Source: an uncultured delta proteobacterium
Lineage (GTDB): Bacteria > Desulfobacterota > Binatia > UBA9968
Direction: 5' to 3'
Length of the DNA: 64,000 nt
Assembly (NCBI GenBank): GCA_963727625.1
Contig: CAVSHR010000002.1
Coordinates: 320,001-384,000, forward strand
Within the stretch, counting starts at the first letter, position 1; each line of letters starts with the position of its first letter. This document shows, one piece after another, positions 20,368 through 30,687 of the stretch. The notes beneath the pieces are model-generated. The model saw only the letters and a program-made list of their open reading frames with translations. It was not told the DNA's origin and ran no database searches. A program made the translations under genes and the position numbers.

Positions 20368-21798
20368 TTACTGGGGAGAGTCAAGTTGACGGATGTAAAC
20401 CAGTGCGGCTCGCAGGCGCCCAATCGTGCGCTCTTTACCGAGCACGGCGATGACCTCGTGAATCCCTGGGCTGACCGTGCCGCCGGTGAGCGCGACGCGC
20501 ACGGGCTGGGCGAGCTTGCCCATTTGAAGTCCGTGGGCTTCGAGGGTAGCGGTAAAAGCTTTCTCGATTGCAACTGCGTCGAACGTGGCAAGGGCGTCTA
20601 AATTTCGGATCAAACTTTCGATCGGCGCGGCGACGTCCGGCGTCAGAAGCTTTTTCGCCGCCTTTTCATCCGGGGTTATTTCGTCGCTCAAATAATAACG
20701 CGCGGCGTCGACCAACTCGGTGAGTGTCTTGGCGCGTTGTTGAAGCGTCGCGATCATCCGCTCCAGCCATTTCTTATCCTGCGGCACCGTCAGGCCTTTG
20801 GCCGCGATGTAGGGTTGGATTTCCTCGGCCAACTGGGCCAGCGAGCGGGATTTAAGATAGTGGAAGTTGACCCAGAGAAATTTCTCCGGATTGAAAACAC
20901 CCGCCGACTTGCCGACGTTCTCCAAGGAAAACTTCTCGACCAGCTCTCCGCGCGAAAAAATTTCCTGGTCGCCGTAAGACCAAGCGAGGCGCACCAGATA
21001 ATTGACCACCGCCTCGGGGAAATAGCCCATGTCGCGGTAAGCCATCACCGAAGTAGCCCCATGGCGCTTGCTGAGCCGCGCTTTGTCGGTACCGAGAATC
21101 AGTGGCACATGAGCGAATTGCGGCAGCTTGTCGCCGAAGGCCTGGTAAAGCTGGATCTGCCGCGGCGTGTTCGACAGATGATCATCGCCGCGAATGATAT
21201 GGGTGATGTTCATCTCGATATCGTCGACCACGACACAAAAATTATACGTCGGTGTGCCGTCAGAGCGGGCGATGATGAGATCGTCGAGCTCGCGGTTGTC
21301 AAAGACGACGTCACCTTTGATCAAGTCCTTGACCACGGTCGTGCCGTCGCTTGGCGAGCGGAAGCGAACGGTGAAGGGTCGGTCGATGGGCAGAGCGGGA
21401 ATCGCCCCTTCCGGCGGACGGCAGGTGCCGTCGTAGGCCGGTTTGCGTTTCTCTTTTTGCGCAAACTGACGCTTTGCGTCCAATTCCGCAGGCGTGCAGG
21501 TGCACGGATAGGCATTGCCTTTGGCAACCAGCTCTCTGACTTTCTCTTGATACAGTGAATAGCGTTCAGTTTGGTAGAACGGCCCTTCGTCGTAATCAAG
21601 TTCCAGCCAATTCATTGCGTCCAAGATCGCTCGGATCGCCTCCGGTGTGGATCTCTCGCGGTCGGTGTCCTCAATTCGCAGGATAAATTTGCCGCCATGG
21701 TGGCGCGCAAAAAGGTAGTTGAAAAGCGCGGTGCGCGCACCGCCGATATGCAGGTGGCCGGTCGGACTGGGAGCAAAACGGGTGCGAACTGGAGTCAT
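20368..21798 (-). CDS. gltX: Glutamate--tRNA ligase
   Basis: RFAPSPTG, HIGG, RIEDTD and RLSKRHGA motifs. Confidence 0.97.
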   Translation of the reverse strand: MTPVRTRFAPSPTGHLHIGGARTALFNYLFARHHGGKFILRIEDTDRERSTPEAIRAILDAMNWLELDYDEGPFYQTERYSLYQEKVRELVAKGNAYPCTCTPAELDAKRQFAQKEKRKPAYDGTCRPPEGAIPALPIDRPFTVRFRSPSDGTTVVKDLIKGDVVFDNRELDDLIIARSDGTPTYNFCVVVDDIEMNITHIIRGDDHLSNTPRQIQLYQAFGDKLPQFAHVPLILGTDKARLSKRHGATSVMAYRDMGYFPEAVVNYLVRLAWSYGDQEIFSRGELVEKFSLENVGKSAGVFNPEKFLWVNFHYLKSRSLAQLAEEIQPYIAAKGLTVPQDKKWLERMIATLQQRAKTLTELVDAARYYLSDEITPDEKAAKKLLTPDVAAPIESLIRNLDALATFDAVAIEKAFTATLEAHGLQMGKLAQPVRVALTGGTVSPGIHEVIAVLGKERTIGRLRAALVYIRQLDSPQ

Positions 21799-21804
21799 GG
21801 CGGT

Positions 21805-21833
21805 AAGCTAACAGGGCGCGGAAAAAGCGTCAA
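21805..21833 (-). promoter_or_regulatory. Sigma70 promoter of gltX (leaderless geometry)
   Basis: TTGACG-N17-TAGCTT-N6-ATG on the minus strand. Confidence 0.55.
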
Positions 21834-21895
21834 TGACGCATTAAAAATACGTTTTGATTATGCTATCATCGAGCGATCGTCGAGGAGAAAAGCCT

Positions 21896-23638
21896 GTGGA
21901 CACTAAGGCAATGGGGGATGACGCTAGACCGGTGGTGGGGAGCGGCGATGGCGTGCCCTCTCATTTTATTCGCAATATTGTCACCGAAGATCTCAAACAA
22001 GGCAAAAACCAGGGCCAGGTTCACACCCGGTTTCCGCCTGAGCCCAACGGCTATCTACACATCGGCCACGCCAAATCCATTTGCCTGAATTTCGGCTTGG
22101 CGGCGGAATTCAACGGACTCTGTAATCTGCGATTCGACGATACCAACCCGAGCAAAGAAGATGTCGAATACGTCGGGTCGATCAAGGAAGACGTCCGCTG
22201 GCTCGGCTTCGACTGGGGCGACCGAGAGCTTTACGCTTCGGACTATTTCGAGCGGCTCTTCGAGTTCGCCATTCAGCTGATCAAATCCGGCAAGGCGTTC
22301 GTCTGCGATCTGAACGCCGACCAGATGCGCGAATATCGCGGCACGCTGACCGAACCCGGGACAAACAGCCCCTTTCGGGATCGCTCGGTCGAAGAAAACC
22401 TTGATCTCTTCCAGCGCATGCGCGCGGGCGAATATCCCGACGGCAGCCGGACCCTGCGCGCCAAGATCGACATGGCCTCGCCCAATATCAATCTTCGCGA
22501 TCCGGTCATGTATCGTGTCTTGCGCGCGACCCACCATCGCACCGGCAACAAGTGGTGTGTCTATCCAACTTACGATTTCGCCCACGGGCAATCGGATTCT
22601 ATCGAAGGCATTACCCACTCGATTTGCACTCTGGAGTTCGAGGACCACCGCCCGCTCTATGATTGGTTTTTGCAGCACCTTGGGATTCACCACCCGCAGC
22701 AGATCGAGTTCGCGCGCTTAAATCTCACATACACGGTGTTGAGTAAGCGCAAGCTGCTGCAGCTGGTGCAGCGAAAAATTGTCAACGGCTGGGAAGATCC
22801 GCGCATGCCGACTCTGGCGGGCATGCGGCGCCGAGGTTACACGCCGGAGGCGATCCGCAATTTCTGCGAGCGCATCGGTGTGGCCAAAAGAAACAGCGTG
22901 GTCGATATCGCCATGCTGGAGCATTGCCTGCGCGAGGACTTAAACAAGCGCGCGCCGCGGGTTATGGCGGTCCTGCGGCCGATCAAAGTCGTGCTGGAAA
23001 ATTATCCGGAAGGGCAGGTCGAGGATTTGGACGCAGTCAATAACCCTGAAGACCCGAGCATGGGCACGCGTAAGGTGCCGTTTTCACGCATGCTTTACAT
23101 CGAACAGGATGATTTTCGCGAGGAGCCGCCCAAGGGTTTTTTTCGTTTGTCGCCGGGTAAGGAAGTCCGCTTGCGCTACGCATTTATCATCAAGTGCACC
23201 GGCCTTTCCAAAGATCCGAGCACAGGGGCTATTACCGAGCTTCACTGCACCTATGATCCCGAAACCAGGAGCGGTTCAGCGCAGAGCAAACGCAAGGTCA
23301 AAGCAACGATCCATTGGGTATCGGCGGCCCACGCCGTCGGAGCCGAGGTCAGACTCTACGACCACCTCTTCACCAAAGAGGACCCGGAGGATATTCCCGA
23401 AGGGGCGGATTGGCTCGCGAACGTCAATCCGAAATCTTTAGAGCGGCTGGCATCCTGCCGTGTGGAGCCCTGTCTCGCCAACGCAAAACCCGGCGAACGA
23501 TACCAGTTCGAGCGGCTGGGTTACTTCTGCGTTGATAGTGAGGAGTCTTTCGCGACAAAGCTGATTTTCAACCGATCGGTGACCCTGCGCGACACCTGGG
23601 CCAGGATGGAGAAGGGCGGCAAGGGGGCTCGTTCCTAG
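21896..23638 (+). CDS. glnS: Glutamine--tRNA ligase
   Basis: [30 protein letters not shown] and FERLGYF motifs. GTG 21896 follows GAGGAG. Confidence 0.96.
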   Translation: MDTKAMGDDARPVVGSGDGVPSHFIRNIVTEDLKQGKNQGQVHTRFPPEPNGYLHIGHAKSICLNFGLAAEFNGLCNLRFDDTNPSKEDVEYVGSIKEDVRWLGFDWGDRELYASDYFERLFEFAIQLIKSGKAFVCDLNADQMREYRGTLTEPGTNSPFRDRSVEENLDLFQRMRAGEYPDGSRTLRAKIDMASPNINLRDPVMYRVLRATHHRTGNKWCVYPTYDFAHGQSDSIEGITHSICTLEFEDHRPLYDWFLQHLGIHHPQQIEFARLNLTYTVLSKRKLLQLVQRKIVNGWEDPRMPTLAGMRRRGYTPEAIRNFCERIGVAKRNSVVDIAMLEHCLREDLNKRAPRVMAVLRPIKVVLENYPEGQVEDLDAVNNPEDPSMGTRKVPFSRMLYIEQDDFREEPPKGFFRLSPGKEVRLRYAFIIKCTGLSKDPSTGAITELHCTYDPETRSGSAQSKRKVKATIHWVSAAHAVGAEVRLYDHLFTKEDPEDIPEGADWLANVNPKSLERLASCRVEPCLANAKPGERYQFERLGYFCVDSEESFATKLIFNRSVTLRDTWARMEKGGKGARS

Positions 23639-23676
23639 TTGCGCGGAGATCGCGTGAAAACTTGCACTGCATTTAA

Positions 23677-24714
23677 TCATTCGCCGACGACCAAGGCTTG
23701 GCCGCCCGAGAGCCCCAGACATTCTTTCTCAAAGAGAGGTTTTGCGTCGACGTAAGATTCCACGATTCCCAGGCGATGCAGCAGTTTGATGATCTGAAAA
23801 GCCACGTCGATCTGGCCTGGAAGAAAGCCGTTGTTTGCAGAAAACGGGTACTTGTGGTGGTTGTCGTGCCACTCGGAAGCAAGATAGCCGTAGAACCATT
23901 GATTAAGAGCGTAGCTACTGTGATCAAACTCCCATCCGACTTTTTTGCCTCTCGGTTGGTTTCCTCCGTGGCCCCGCCAATTAAAATCACGGATCAAGAA
24001 AGTGATAAAAAAAATCGCCGCAAACCAAGCCCATAGGATATCGGAACCGTAAATCAGGAAAATACTAACTCCCCAAAATAGCTGAATGAAAGCTACACGG
24101 AAGAGGTAATATCTCAATTCCTCCACAGCGCCGGAACGTAAGAACTGTGCATAGCTGCTAGTTTTAAGCGGGATATGGGCGATGCTCGCGCATAACGTAG
24201 CATATTCCGCTGCAGAAATATTAGTATCTGTTTTTTGGGCTGATTCAGGGGCAAGGTAGCTGCCAAGCCATCCTAGATGTGGGCCGTAAGGGTCCCCAGG
24301 CTTTTCGGTTCGCTGATGATGAATCATGTGGGGAATGGCGTAGCATTCTTCCCGAAATAAAATCGGATTCGTCCAAAGAAACAATTTAGCAAAAAAATTG
24401 TTGTTAAATCGAAACGCGGCATGCGAACAATAACGGTGATACCAGAGGGTATTGTAAACAGTTCCGAGCACAAATACGGAAATCAGCATGAAAACAAGAG
24501 ATTGGATTGATATTCGCGCTATTAAAAAATATACGCACGCGACGAATGTAGAAAGATGAAACGCAAAATTTAGCACGGTTAAAGCACGAGAGGGATGCTT
24601 AACCACATTCATAGCATCACACCATTCGATTATGATTTCTGTTGTCGAGGGTGAGTGAGGTTTAGCGCTTGACGTGTCATGGCCAAACGTTGGCTCGATT
24701 ATCGGCAATTTCAT
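23677..24714 (-). CDS. Membrane fatty-acid desaturase (delta-9-like)
   Basis: His boxes HRYCSH, HMIHH and WHDNHH, plus TM segments. AT-rich. Confidence 0.9.
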   Translation of the reverse strand: MKLPIIEPTFGHDTSSAKPHSPSTTEIIIEWCDAMNVVKHPSRALTVLNFAFHLSTFVACVYFLIARISIQSLVFMLISVFVLGTVYNTLWYHRYCSHAAFRFNNNFFAKLFLWTNPILFREECYAIPHMIHHQRTEKPGDPYGPHLGWLGSYLAPESAQKTDTNISAAEYATLCASIAHIPLKTSSYAQFLRSGAVEELRYYLFRVAFIQLFWGVSIFLIYGSDILWAWFAAIFFITFLIRDFNWRGHGGNQPRGKKVGWEFDHSSYALNQWFYGYLASEWHDNHHKYPFSANNGFLPGQIDVAFQIIKLLHRLGIVESYVDAKPLFEKECLGLSGGQALVVGE

Positions 24715-25088
24715 TTAAGCAGATACCATTGAGGTGTGACGATTCTCTTCAAAACACTTCACATGGCGCTAGCCTTGCCCGTGCTGATTTGAATTTACAC
24801 TATCTATCGAAAATCTAGTAAAGATGTCAATCGGAGTTGCTGCAGCTGAGGGAATGTTCCTTCGGATATCGAAGCTTCAAGATACGCCCGGCCACGGACG
24901 TTGTCTGTGTTTGCGAGTCAGCAGGGTAACTTCAAAAGGATATGTCCTGCCGAATTTACGGATAAACAGAATCTACAACACGTCGTTCGATTGTTTTCGC
25001 TTGAGTTTTTATGCGAGAAGATTTTTGCAGAAACGACTACCCGTACGCCGCACCGACGTGACAAGAGCCTGAAGATAGCACCAGAGAT

Positions 25089-26408
25089 TTAGAACCTATA
25101 GTTTACCGAAGCTGCAACAAAATTGTTGAAAGTTGTATACCTGTCTTTGCCCGGCGCGCCGCTGAAGGGTATTCCAGTTGCCGGTAAGCCCTCTAATTCT
25201 CCGTTATTTACTTTTCGAGTTTTGTAAAGAACGGCCATATAGCCAAAATCAAGAGAAATTTTTTCCCATTTATAGCCGATTCCAGCGTTTAACGTCAGTA
25301 TGTCTCCGCCGGGTATGGCCGGATTTAAGGTCTTAGCTGGGATTGGCGTTTCCTCGACCGCAAGCCCTCCCCGGAGCTCCCAGTGAGGACTCAGCTTATA
25401 CGAGCTGCCCAAACGTAGCGTGCTCGTATTTTTCCAATTCTGTGGCAAACTGAAAGACGCGATCGGCAAGCCGAGAAGAGGAAGAAATCCGGGTGCCGGA
25501 GACAGAGTAGCGTTGAAACTCTTGAACTCGCTCCATCTCGTGTATTCATAAACTAATTCTGCGCTCCATGCCGGATCAATTTGCCAAAAAATTCCCACGT
25601 CAACTATTGGTGGCAATGGAATCGGTCTGACATTTGCTTTCACACTTGTCGGTGTGAAAGCGCCTCCAAACTTCGCGTCCGCCGAGTCGAAGCGGATGTC
25701 TGTTCGGGCACGATAAGTTAAACCTATTTTTATCACTTCAGTCGGCTTTACAAGAAGTCCTAGATTGTAAGTAAAGGCATTCGCGGTGTCAGTAACTCGA
25801 AGTCGTCCCTCAAATGTGCCACCCTGGGTAGCGCAGCCGCCATCGGCCAAAAAAGCATCGAGGCATAGAGAGCGGGTGAATAATCCCGATGCATGCACAT
25901 AACTGACACCGGCGCCCACGGAAAAATACTTTGATGGATGCCACGCGATACTGGGAGTTACATAAATTGTTTTGAGTTCGCTTCGATTAGCTGCAAACCG
26001 AGTAAAGTCCCGTTCGTATGTGGTGGCAAGACCAAAGGGCGAATAAGTCCCTATCCCTAGAGTGAAGTCGCTGCCCGGAATATGGTAGTTTGCGAACATT
26101 GACGCTATCAGATTGTCGTCGTGTTTGTTGACGGCTTTTCTCCCGCTATTTTCAACGCTGTTGACGGCATTGATGTAGACACCGTTGATCATCAGATTGT
26201 TTCCCGAGACCTCACCTAACGCGCCCGGATTGTAATAAGTGGCCGAGGCGTCATCTATGCCTGCGGTGAGAGCATTTGACAAAGCGACGCCGCGGGCCGT
26301 TTGATGCGGGATGATATAACCTCCGGCACTTACGCTCGGTATCCCATGGAAGATAAACGAGCCTGTTGTAATCACACAAATCAAGAAAATATTCGCTATT
26401 TTAGTCAT
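25089..26408 (-). CDS. FadL/OmpP1/TodX outer-membrane long-chain fatty-acid channel
   Basis: Signal peptide, DDASATYYNPGAL hatch motif, YSPFGL, YTRWS, C-terminal YRF. Confidence 0.9.
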   Translation of the reverse strand: MTKIANIFLICVITTGSFIFHGIPSVSAGGYIIPHQTARGVALSNALTAGIDDASATYYNPGALGEVSGNNLMINGVYINAVNSVENSGRKAVNKHDDNLIASMFANYHIPGSDFTLGIGTYSPFGLATTYERDFTRFAANRSELKTIYVTPSIAWHPSKYFSVGAGVSYVHASGLFTRSLCLDAFLADGGCATQGGTFEGRLRVTDTANAFTYNLGLLVKPTEVIKIGLTYRARTDIRFDSADAKFGGAFTPTSVKANVRPIPLPPIVDVGIFWQIDPAWSAELVYEYTRWSEFKSFNATLSPAPGFLPLLGLPIASFSLPQNWKNTSTLRLGSSYKLSPHWELRGGLAVEETPIPAKTLNPAIPGGDILTLNAGIGYKWEKISLDFGYMAVLYKTRKVNNGELEGLPATGIPFSGAPGKDRYTTFNNFVAASVNYRF

Positions 26409-26451
26409 TTAGCGTCCCTTATGGCATTTTGTATCCAACTCGTGTATAGCG

Positions 26452-26477
26452 TTGCTAAGTACTGCCAAAGTTTGCCA
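26452..26477. promoter_or_regulatory. Three direct repeats at 10-bp period in the divergent fadL/HTH spacer
   Basis: TTGCTA (26452), CTGCCA (26462), TTGCCA (26472). Confidence 0.45.
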
Positions 26478-26488
26478 TATGAGATATA

Positions 26489-26689
26489 ATGATGCAAGAA
26501 AAATTATTGACAATTGAACAGGTCGCGGCGTATCTGAAGGTCGACAAGTTCACTGTCTATCGTTTGGTTACAAAGCGGAAACTCCCCGCATTCAAGGTCG
26601 GGAACCAATGGCGCTTCAAACGGGAAATTATCGATGCTTGGCTGGAAAACAATTCTAACATGAAAGTAAGGGACGATAAGGCTCGCTAA
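26489..26689 (+). CDS. Small HTH_17 (Xis/BldC-like) DNA-binding protein
   Basis: LLTIEQVAAYLKV..TVYRLV..KLPAFKVGNQWRF pattern. Confidence 0.9.
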   Translation: MMQEKLLTIEQVAAYLKVDKFTVYRLVTKRKLPAFKVGNQWRFKREIIDAWLENNSNMKVRDDKAR

Positions 26690-26696
26690 TCATCCG

Positions 26697-27263
26697 ATGA
26701 AAACCATACTTGTGGGAGCACTTTTTACATATGGCATTGCGAGGCTTCTCGAAACCTTCAAAAAACGACCCAAGGTTCAAGGGCGAGTGGTTGCACCTTA
26801 CACCCTCTATCTTTTGGTGGGCGGACATATAGCAGTATTTTTGGCGGCTTTGCATGACGTGCGGAATCTTACGCCACAACTCGGCGCAGCGAATTTTGTC
26901 GGGCTCGCAATGGTAGTCGTTGCAGCGATCGGTCGTTTCTACTCGATAAAGACGCTGGGCCCGTATCATAGCATTCAGATTGAAATTCGAGAGAATCATC
27001 CGGTGATCAGCCACGGGCCCTATTTCTTTATTCGGAATCCTTACTACCTTAGCAACGCGATAGAGGTTGTGGGGTTTCCCCTCATAGTCAACTCAGTCCT
27101 CGGCACCGCCGTCGCGCTTTTGCTGTATTGGCCGTGCTTGTACTTGCGCGTCGTATTAGAAGAGCGGGCCCTGTTAGGAGCCATCAAGGCGCCGTTTTCC
27201 GACTATATGCACCGAGTGCCGCGCTTTGTTCCCACCGGGATTCGCGTTGGAGCATCGATATGA
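26697..27263 (+). CDS. Isoprenylcysteine carboxyl methyltransferase (ICMT/PEMT)-family membrane methyltransferase
   Basis: H.VISHGPYFFIRNPYY and EERAL...Y..RVPRFVP motifs, TM segments. Confidence 0.88.
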   Translation: MKTILVGALFTYGIARLLETFKKRPKVQGRVVAPYTLYLLVGGHIAVFLAALHDVRNLTPQLGAANFVGLAMVVVAAIGRFYSIKTLGPYHSIQIEIRENHPVISHGPYFFIRNPYYLSNAIEVVGFPLIVNSVLGTAVALLLYWPCLYLRVVLEERALLGAIKAPFSDYMHRVPRFVPTGIRVGASI

Positions 27264-28519
27264 ATGGACGGCTTCCTCGACGTGTAGTTGTCACCGGGCT
27301 GGGGATTTTATCATCCATCGGTATTGGTAAGCATGAGTTTTGGCAAGGGATTCGGTCCAATCAATGCGGTATCGGACCGATCACGCTTTTTAACGCCGAA
27401 TCTTTCACGGTCAGAATCGCGGGCGAAATCAAAGGTTTCGATGGCCATGATTTTTTCCCTCATGAGGTCGTGCGAAAGATCGACCGCTTCGCTTTACTTG
27501 GTTTAGCGGCTGCAAAGGAAGCAATCGGTGACTCGGGTCTGGAAGGCGAGTTCCGTAACGGCGCAGGTGGAAATGCTTGTGTTCTCGTCGCGTCCTCGAT
27601 CGGGGCACTGGCGCACGCGGAGCGGACCCATAAGATTTTTGTTGAAAAGGGATCGCGCAGAATCTCTCCATATTTTAATGCCAATGTAATCCCCAGCAGT
27701 TGCGCAACCCAAATCGCGCTGAAGTTTGGAATTCACGGAGACGTGCAAACGATCACCACGGCTTGTGCTTCCGGCACGACTGCCATCGGAGAGGCTTTCC
27801 ACAAGATTCGTGCTGGTCAAATTGACATGGCTGTCACAGGGGCATCGGAGACTCCCGTAACGCCGCTGGTAATTTCTACATTTTCCACCGTTGGTTTGCT
27901 ATCCACCGACAACGATTCGCCAAAGAGCGCCTGCCGGCCATTTAGTCGCGACCGCAACGGGACCGTTATTGCGGAAGGAGCCGGGATGGTCATATTGGAA
28001 GAACTCAATCACGCGCTATCGCGGGGCGCGCATATTTATGGCGAGATCATCGGCTATGGCTCGACATTCGACAGTTATCATGTCTTGCAGCCGTTGCCGA
28101 GCGCTCAATTCGCGGCGGAGGCTATTACAAAGGCGTTGGCCGACGGCGGGGTGATGCCGCAGGAGGTTGATTATTGCAATGCTCACGGCACCGCATCCTC
28201 ATTCAATGATAGAACTGAAACGATTGCGATCAAGCGGGCTTTCGGAGAGCACGCGCATCGTTTACCCATCAGTTCGACAAAGTCGCTTATCGGACACACG
28301 ATGGGTGCAGCTGGAGCCCTCGAATTTATCGCTTGCATTTTGATGTTAGAAAAGTGCTACATCCACCCCACACTGAATCTCCGCGAGCCTGATCCAGAGT
28401 GTGATTTGGACTATGTTCCCCTGCGTGGCCGGGAACAAGAATTGCGAACGGTCGTATCAAATTCTACAGGTTTCGGTGGATACAACGCTGCCTGCGTAAT
28501 CAGGAAATTTGAAAGATAG
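27260..28519 (+). CDS. Beta-ketoacyl synthase (FabF/KAS II-like)
   Basis: RRVVVTGLG, catalytic TACASG, NAHGT, KSLIGH, GFGG. ATG 27260 overlaps the upstream stop (ATGA). Confidence 0.92.
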   Translation: MNGRLPRRVVVTGLGILSSIGIGKHEFWQGIRSNQCGIGPITLFNAESFTVRIAGEIKGFDGHDFFPHEVVRKIDRFALLGLAAAKEAIGDSGLEGEFRNGAGGNACVLVASSIGALAHAERTHKIFVEKGSRRISPYFNANVIPSSCATQIALKFGIHGDVQTITTACASGTTAIGEAFHKIRAGQIDMAVTGASETPVTPLVISTFSTVGLLSTDNDSPKSACRPFSRDRNGTVIAEGAGMVILEELNHALSRGAHIYGEIIGYGSTFDSYHVLQPLPSAQFAAEAITKALADGGVMPQEVDYCNAHGTASSFNDRTETIAIKRAFGEHAHRLPISSTKSLIGHTMGAAGALEFIACILMLEKCYIHPTLNLREPDPECDLDYVPLRGREQELRTVVSNSTGFGGYNAACVIRKFER

Positions 28520-28524
28520 TTTCT

Positions 28525-30687
28525 TTGTACGCGCTCAACTTCATCGTCGGTGCTGTTTTCACCCTCGTCGCTGGCCTGTTTGTCTTTATTCGCGGCGAGT
28601 CCCGGTCCATGACGAGGCGGGCATGGCTTTTTCTTTGTCTAGCTACGAGTATTTGGCATCTCGGTCGTTTCCTGATTGCTATTTCCGGATCTCCGACGAC
28701 GGCAAACCGTGTTGTCTATTTGATCTATCTCGGCGCGATATTTATACCGCCTCTATACCTGCATTTCTCGCTTTCCTTGCTGAATGAAGAAACTGTCCAA
28801 CGTCGATATTTGGTTGTTGCCTATTCAATTGCTGGAATCGAAATAATTCTTTTGTTTAGCGGTCGTCTGACTTCCGGTGTTCGTTTGGACCCGGCTCTTG
28901 GGTACTATGAAATCCCGTCGACGATTTACATCTTGCATTTTTTGGCCTTTGTTCTGGTCCCGACGTACGGACTGTTAAAACTGGTAGCGCATTATCGCGC
29001 TAGCGATTTGCCGGTTAAGAAGAACCAATTAAAATACGTGATCTTTGCCAGCTTGATCGGGTTCCTTGGTGGTGGCACTTCGTTCTTGCCGATAATTCAA
29101 GCGCCAATTCCGCCTTTTGGTGCACCGCTAACCTATTTTTATACATTTCCAATTGCGTACGCGATTGCGCGTTACCGATTAATGGATATCGGCGTTGTAT
29201 TGCGAAAGGGGCTGATTTACGCGCTGCTCCTCCTCGCGTTGCTGGCGCCCTGTTTCGCGGTGGTGGTGATCAGCCAATATTTCGTCTTCGGAAGCATCAG
29301 CTATTCATTCTCAATCATAACTCTATTCTTGTTGACAGTTGTCGGATTCTTATTCCCTAAACTTCGATTCAAAACGGAAGACGCGCTTGAGCGCGCCCTA
29401 TTTAAGAAAAAATCAGATTTTCGAGAAACACTCCTCCAGTCAAGTAGAGACATGGTCTCGATTGTCGACATCAGAGCTCTTTCAAACAACCTCGTCCAAA
29501 CGATTGGCAAGTCCCTTGGAGTGGAGAAGGTCTCTTTGCTGCTCAAAAATGAGACTAATGGAAGCTATCGATTGGAGGCGTTTGTCGGGTTGAATTTTGA
29601 TCTGCCTGAAGGGGTTTCTCTATCCAAGGACGGACCCTTGATTCAAATTCTTCAAAGCAGACGGGAAGGGATCGTTAAAGAAGAACTTGAATGGGTGCCG
29701 GTCGGCCCCAACACTCCCAATACTATCGATACGATGGCCAAATTAGGCGCGGAACTCAGTTTGCCAATTATTTCGAAGGAGAAACTCATCGGGATCCTTA
29801 ACCTCGGCCAGAAGGATGACCAAACCATCTATTCCAGCGAAGACTTGGAGCTTCTCTCGACATTGGCAAATCAGGCGGCGATTGCGATCGAGAACGCGCG
29901 CCTTTATGAGAACCTAAAACAGTCTCAAGATACTCTGAGACGTGCGGATCGGCTGTCGTCCTTGGGGCTGCTGACCGCGGGTCTGGCCCATGAAATTCGC
30001 AACCCTTTGGTGGCGATCCGGACTTTTACCCAGTTGCTGCCGGAGCGCTACGACGACGCCGAGTTCCGCGAGGGTTTCCAGGGGCTCGCCCTTAAGGAAG
30101 TCGATCGGATTTGCGGCCTAATAAGCGATCTTTTGAGCTTTGCACGCCCATCTAAACCGAATGTGGCCCCAGAAAACATCAACGACATCGTCGACAATAT
30201 CGCGCGGATTCTGGAGACCCAGGCGAAGGAAAAAAATGTCGAAATTGTTCATGATTTTGGCGCCGATTTGCCCAAGGTGTGGATTGACAGAGAGCAGATG
30301 AAGCAGGTATTTATGAACCTCATTCTGAATGCTATTCAGGCCATGCAAGAAGGTGGATCGATCAGTATCGCGACCCGCGCAGTATCAAGGAGCGGAACTG
30401 AACCTTCAGGAGAATTCGTGCAGATCGAAGTTCGCGACACCGGCATCGGAATCCCGGAAGCAAATTTGCAGCATATTTTTGACCCTTTCTTTACCAGCAA
30501 GGACGAAGGCAGCGGGTTGGGTCTAGCAGTGTCGCATCAGATCGTGCAAGAACATGGCGGCTTTGTTACCGTCGAAAGCACGAAAGGTAAGGGAACCGCA
30601 TTTTTTGTCCATATTCCTATCGGCAAGCCGAACCGTTCGGCGAACAGTCTGCGCGCTCAAGTGAATGAAGCGAATCTTAGTCATTGA
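28525..30687 (+). CDS. Membrane sensor histidine kinase (HisKA_7TM-like N-terminus, GAF, HisKA, HATPase)
   Basis: About 9 TM segments with YAIARYRLMDI, GAF (YSSEDLELLSTLANQAAIAIENARL), AHEIRNPL, NLILNA, DTGIG, PFFTSK, GSGLGL. Confidence 0.93.
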   Translation: MYALNFIVGAVFTLVAGLFVFIRGESRSMTRRAWLFLCLATSIWHLGRFLIAISGSPTTANRVVYLIYLGAIFIPPLYLHFSLSLLNEETVQRRYLVVAYSIAGIEIILLFSGRLTSGVRLDPALGYYEIPSTIYILHFLAFVLVPTYGLLKLVAHYRASDLPVKKNQLKYVIFASLIGFLGGGTSFLPIIQAPIPPFGAPLTYFYTFPIAYAIARYRLMDIGVVLRKGLIYALLLLALLAPCFAVVVISQYFVFGSISYSFSIITLFLLTVVGFLFPKLRFKTEDALERALFKKKSDFRETLLQSSRDMVSIVDIRALSNNLVQTIGKSLGVEKVSLLLKNETNGSYRLEAFVGLNFDLPEGVSLSKDGPLIQILQSRREGIVKEELEWVPVGPNTPNTIDTMAKLGAELSLPIISKEKLIGILNLGQKDDQTIYSSEDLELLSTLANQAAIAIENARLYENLKQSQDTLRRADRLSSLGLLTAGLAHEIRNPLVAIRTFTQLLPERYDDAEFREGFQGLALKEVDRICGLISDLLSFARPSKPNVAPENINDIVDNIARILETQAKEKNVEIVHDFGADLPKVWIDREQMKQVFMNLILNAIQAMQEGGSISIATRAVSRSGTEPSGEFVQIEVRDTGIGIPEANLQHIFDPFFTSKDEGSGLGLAVSHQIVQEHGGFVTVESTKGKGTAFFVHIPIGKPNRSANSLRAQVNEANLSH

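Noticed and set aside
24824-25092. Small plus-strand ORFs or a hidden acyl carrier protein in the desaturase-fadL gap
   Set aside because: No acidic DSL-type ACP motif, and the composition is not protein-like.
26489-26689. Prophage/ICE excisionase
   Set aside because: No integrase, att duplication or phage genes nearby. The gene heads a metabolic-signalling operon.
28525-30687. PEP-CTERM system kinase PrsK
   Set aside because: Similar TM-GAF layout, but the H-box is AHEIRNP rather than HDLKN, and there are no exosortase or PEP-CTERM genes in the window.
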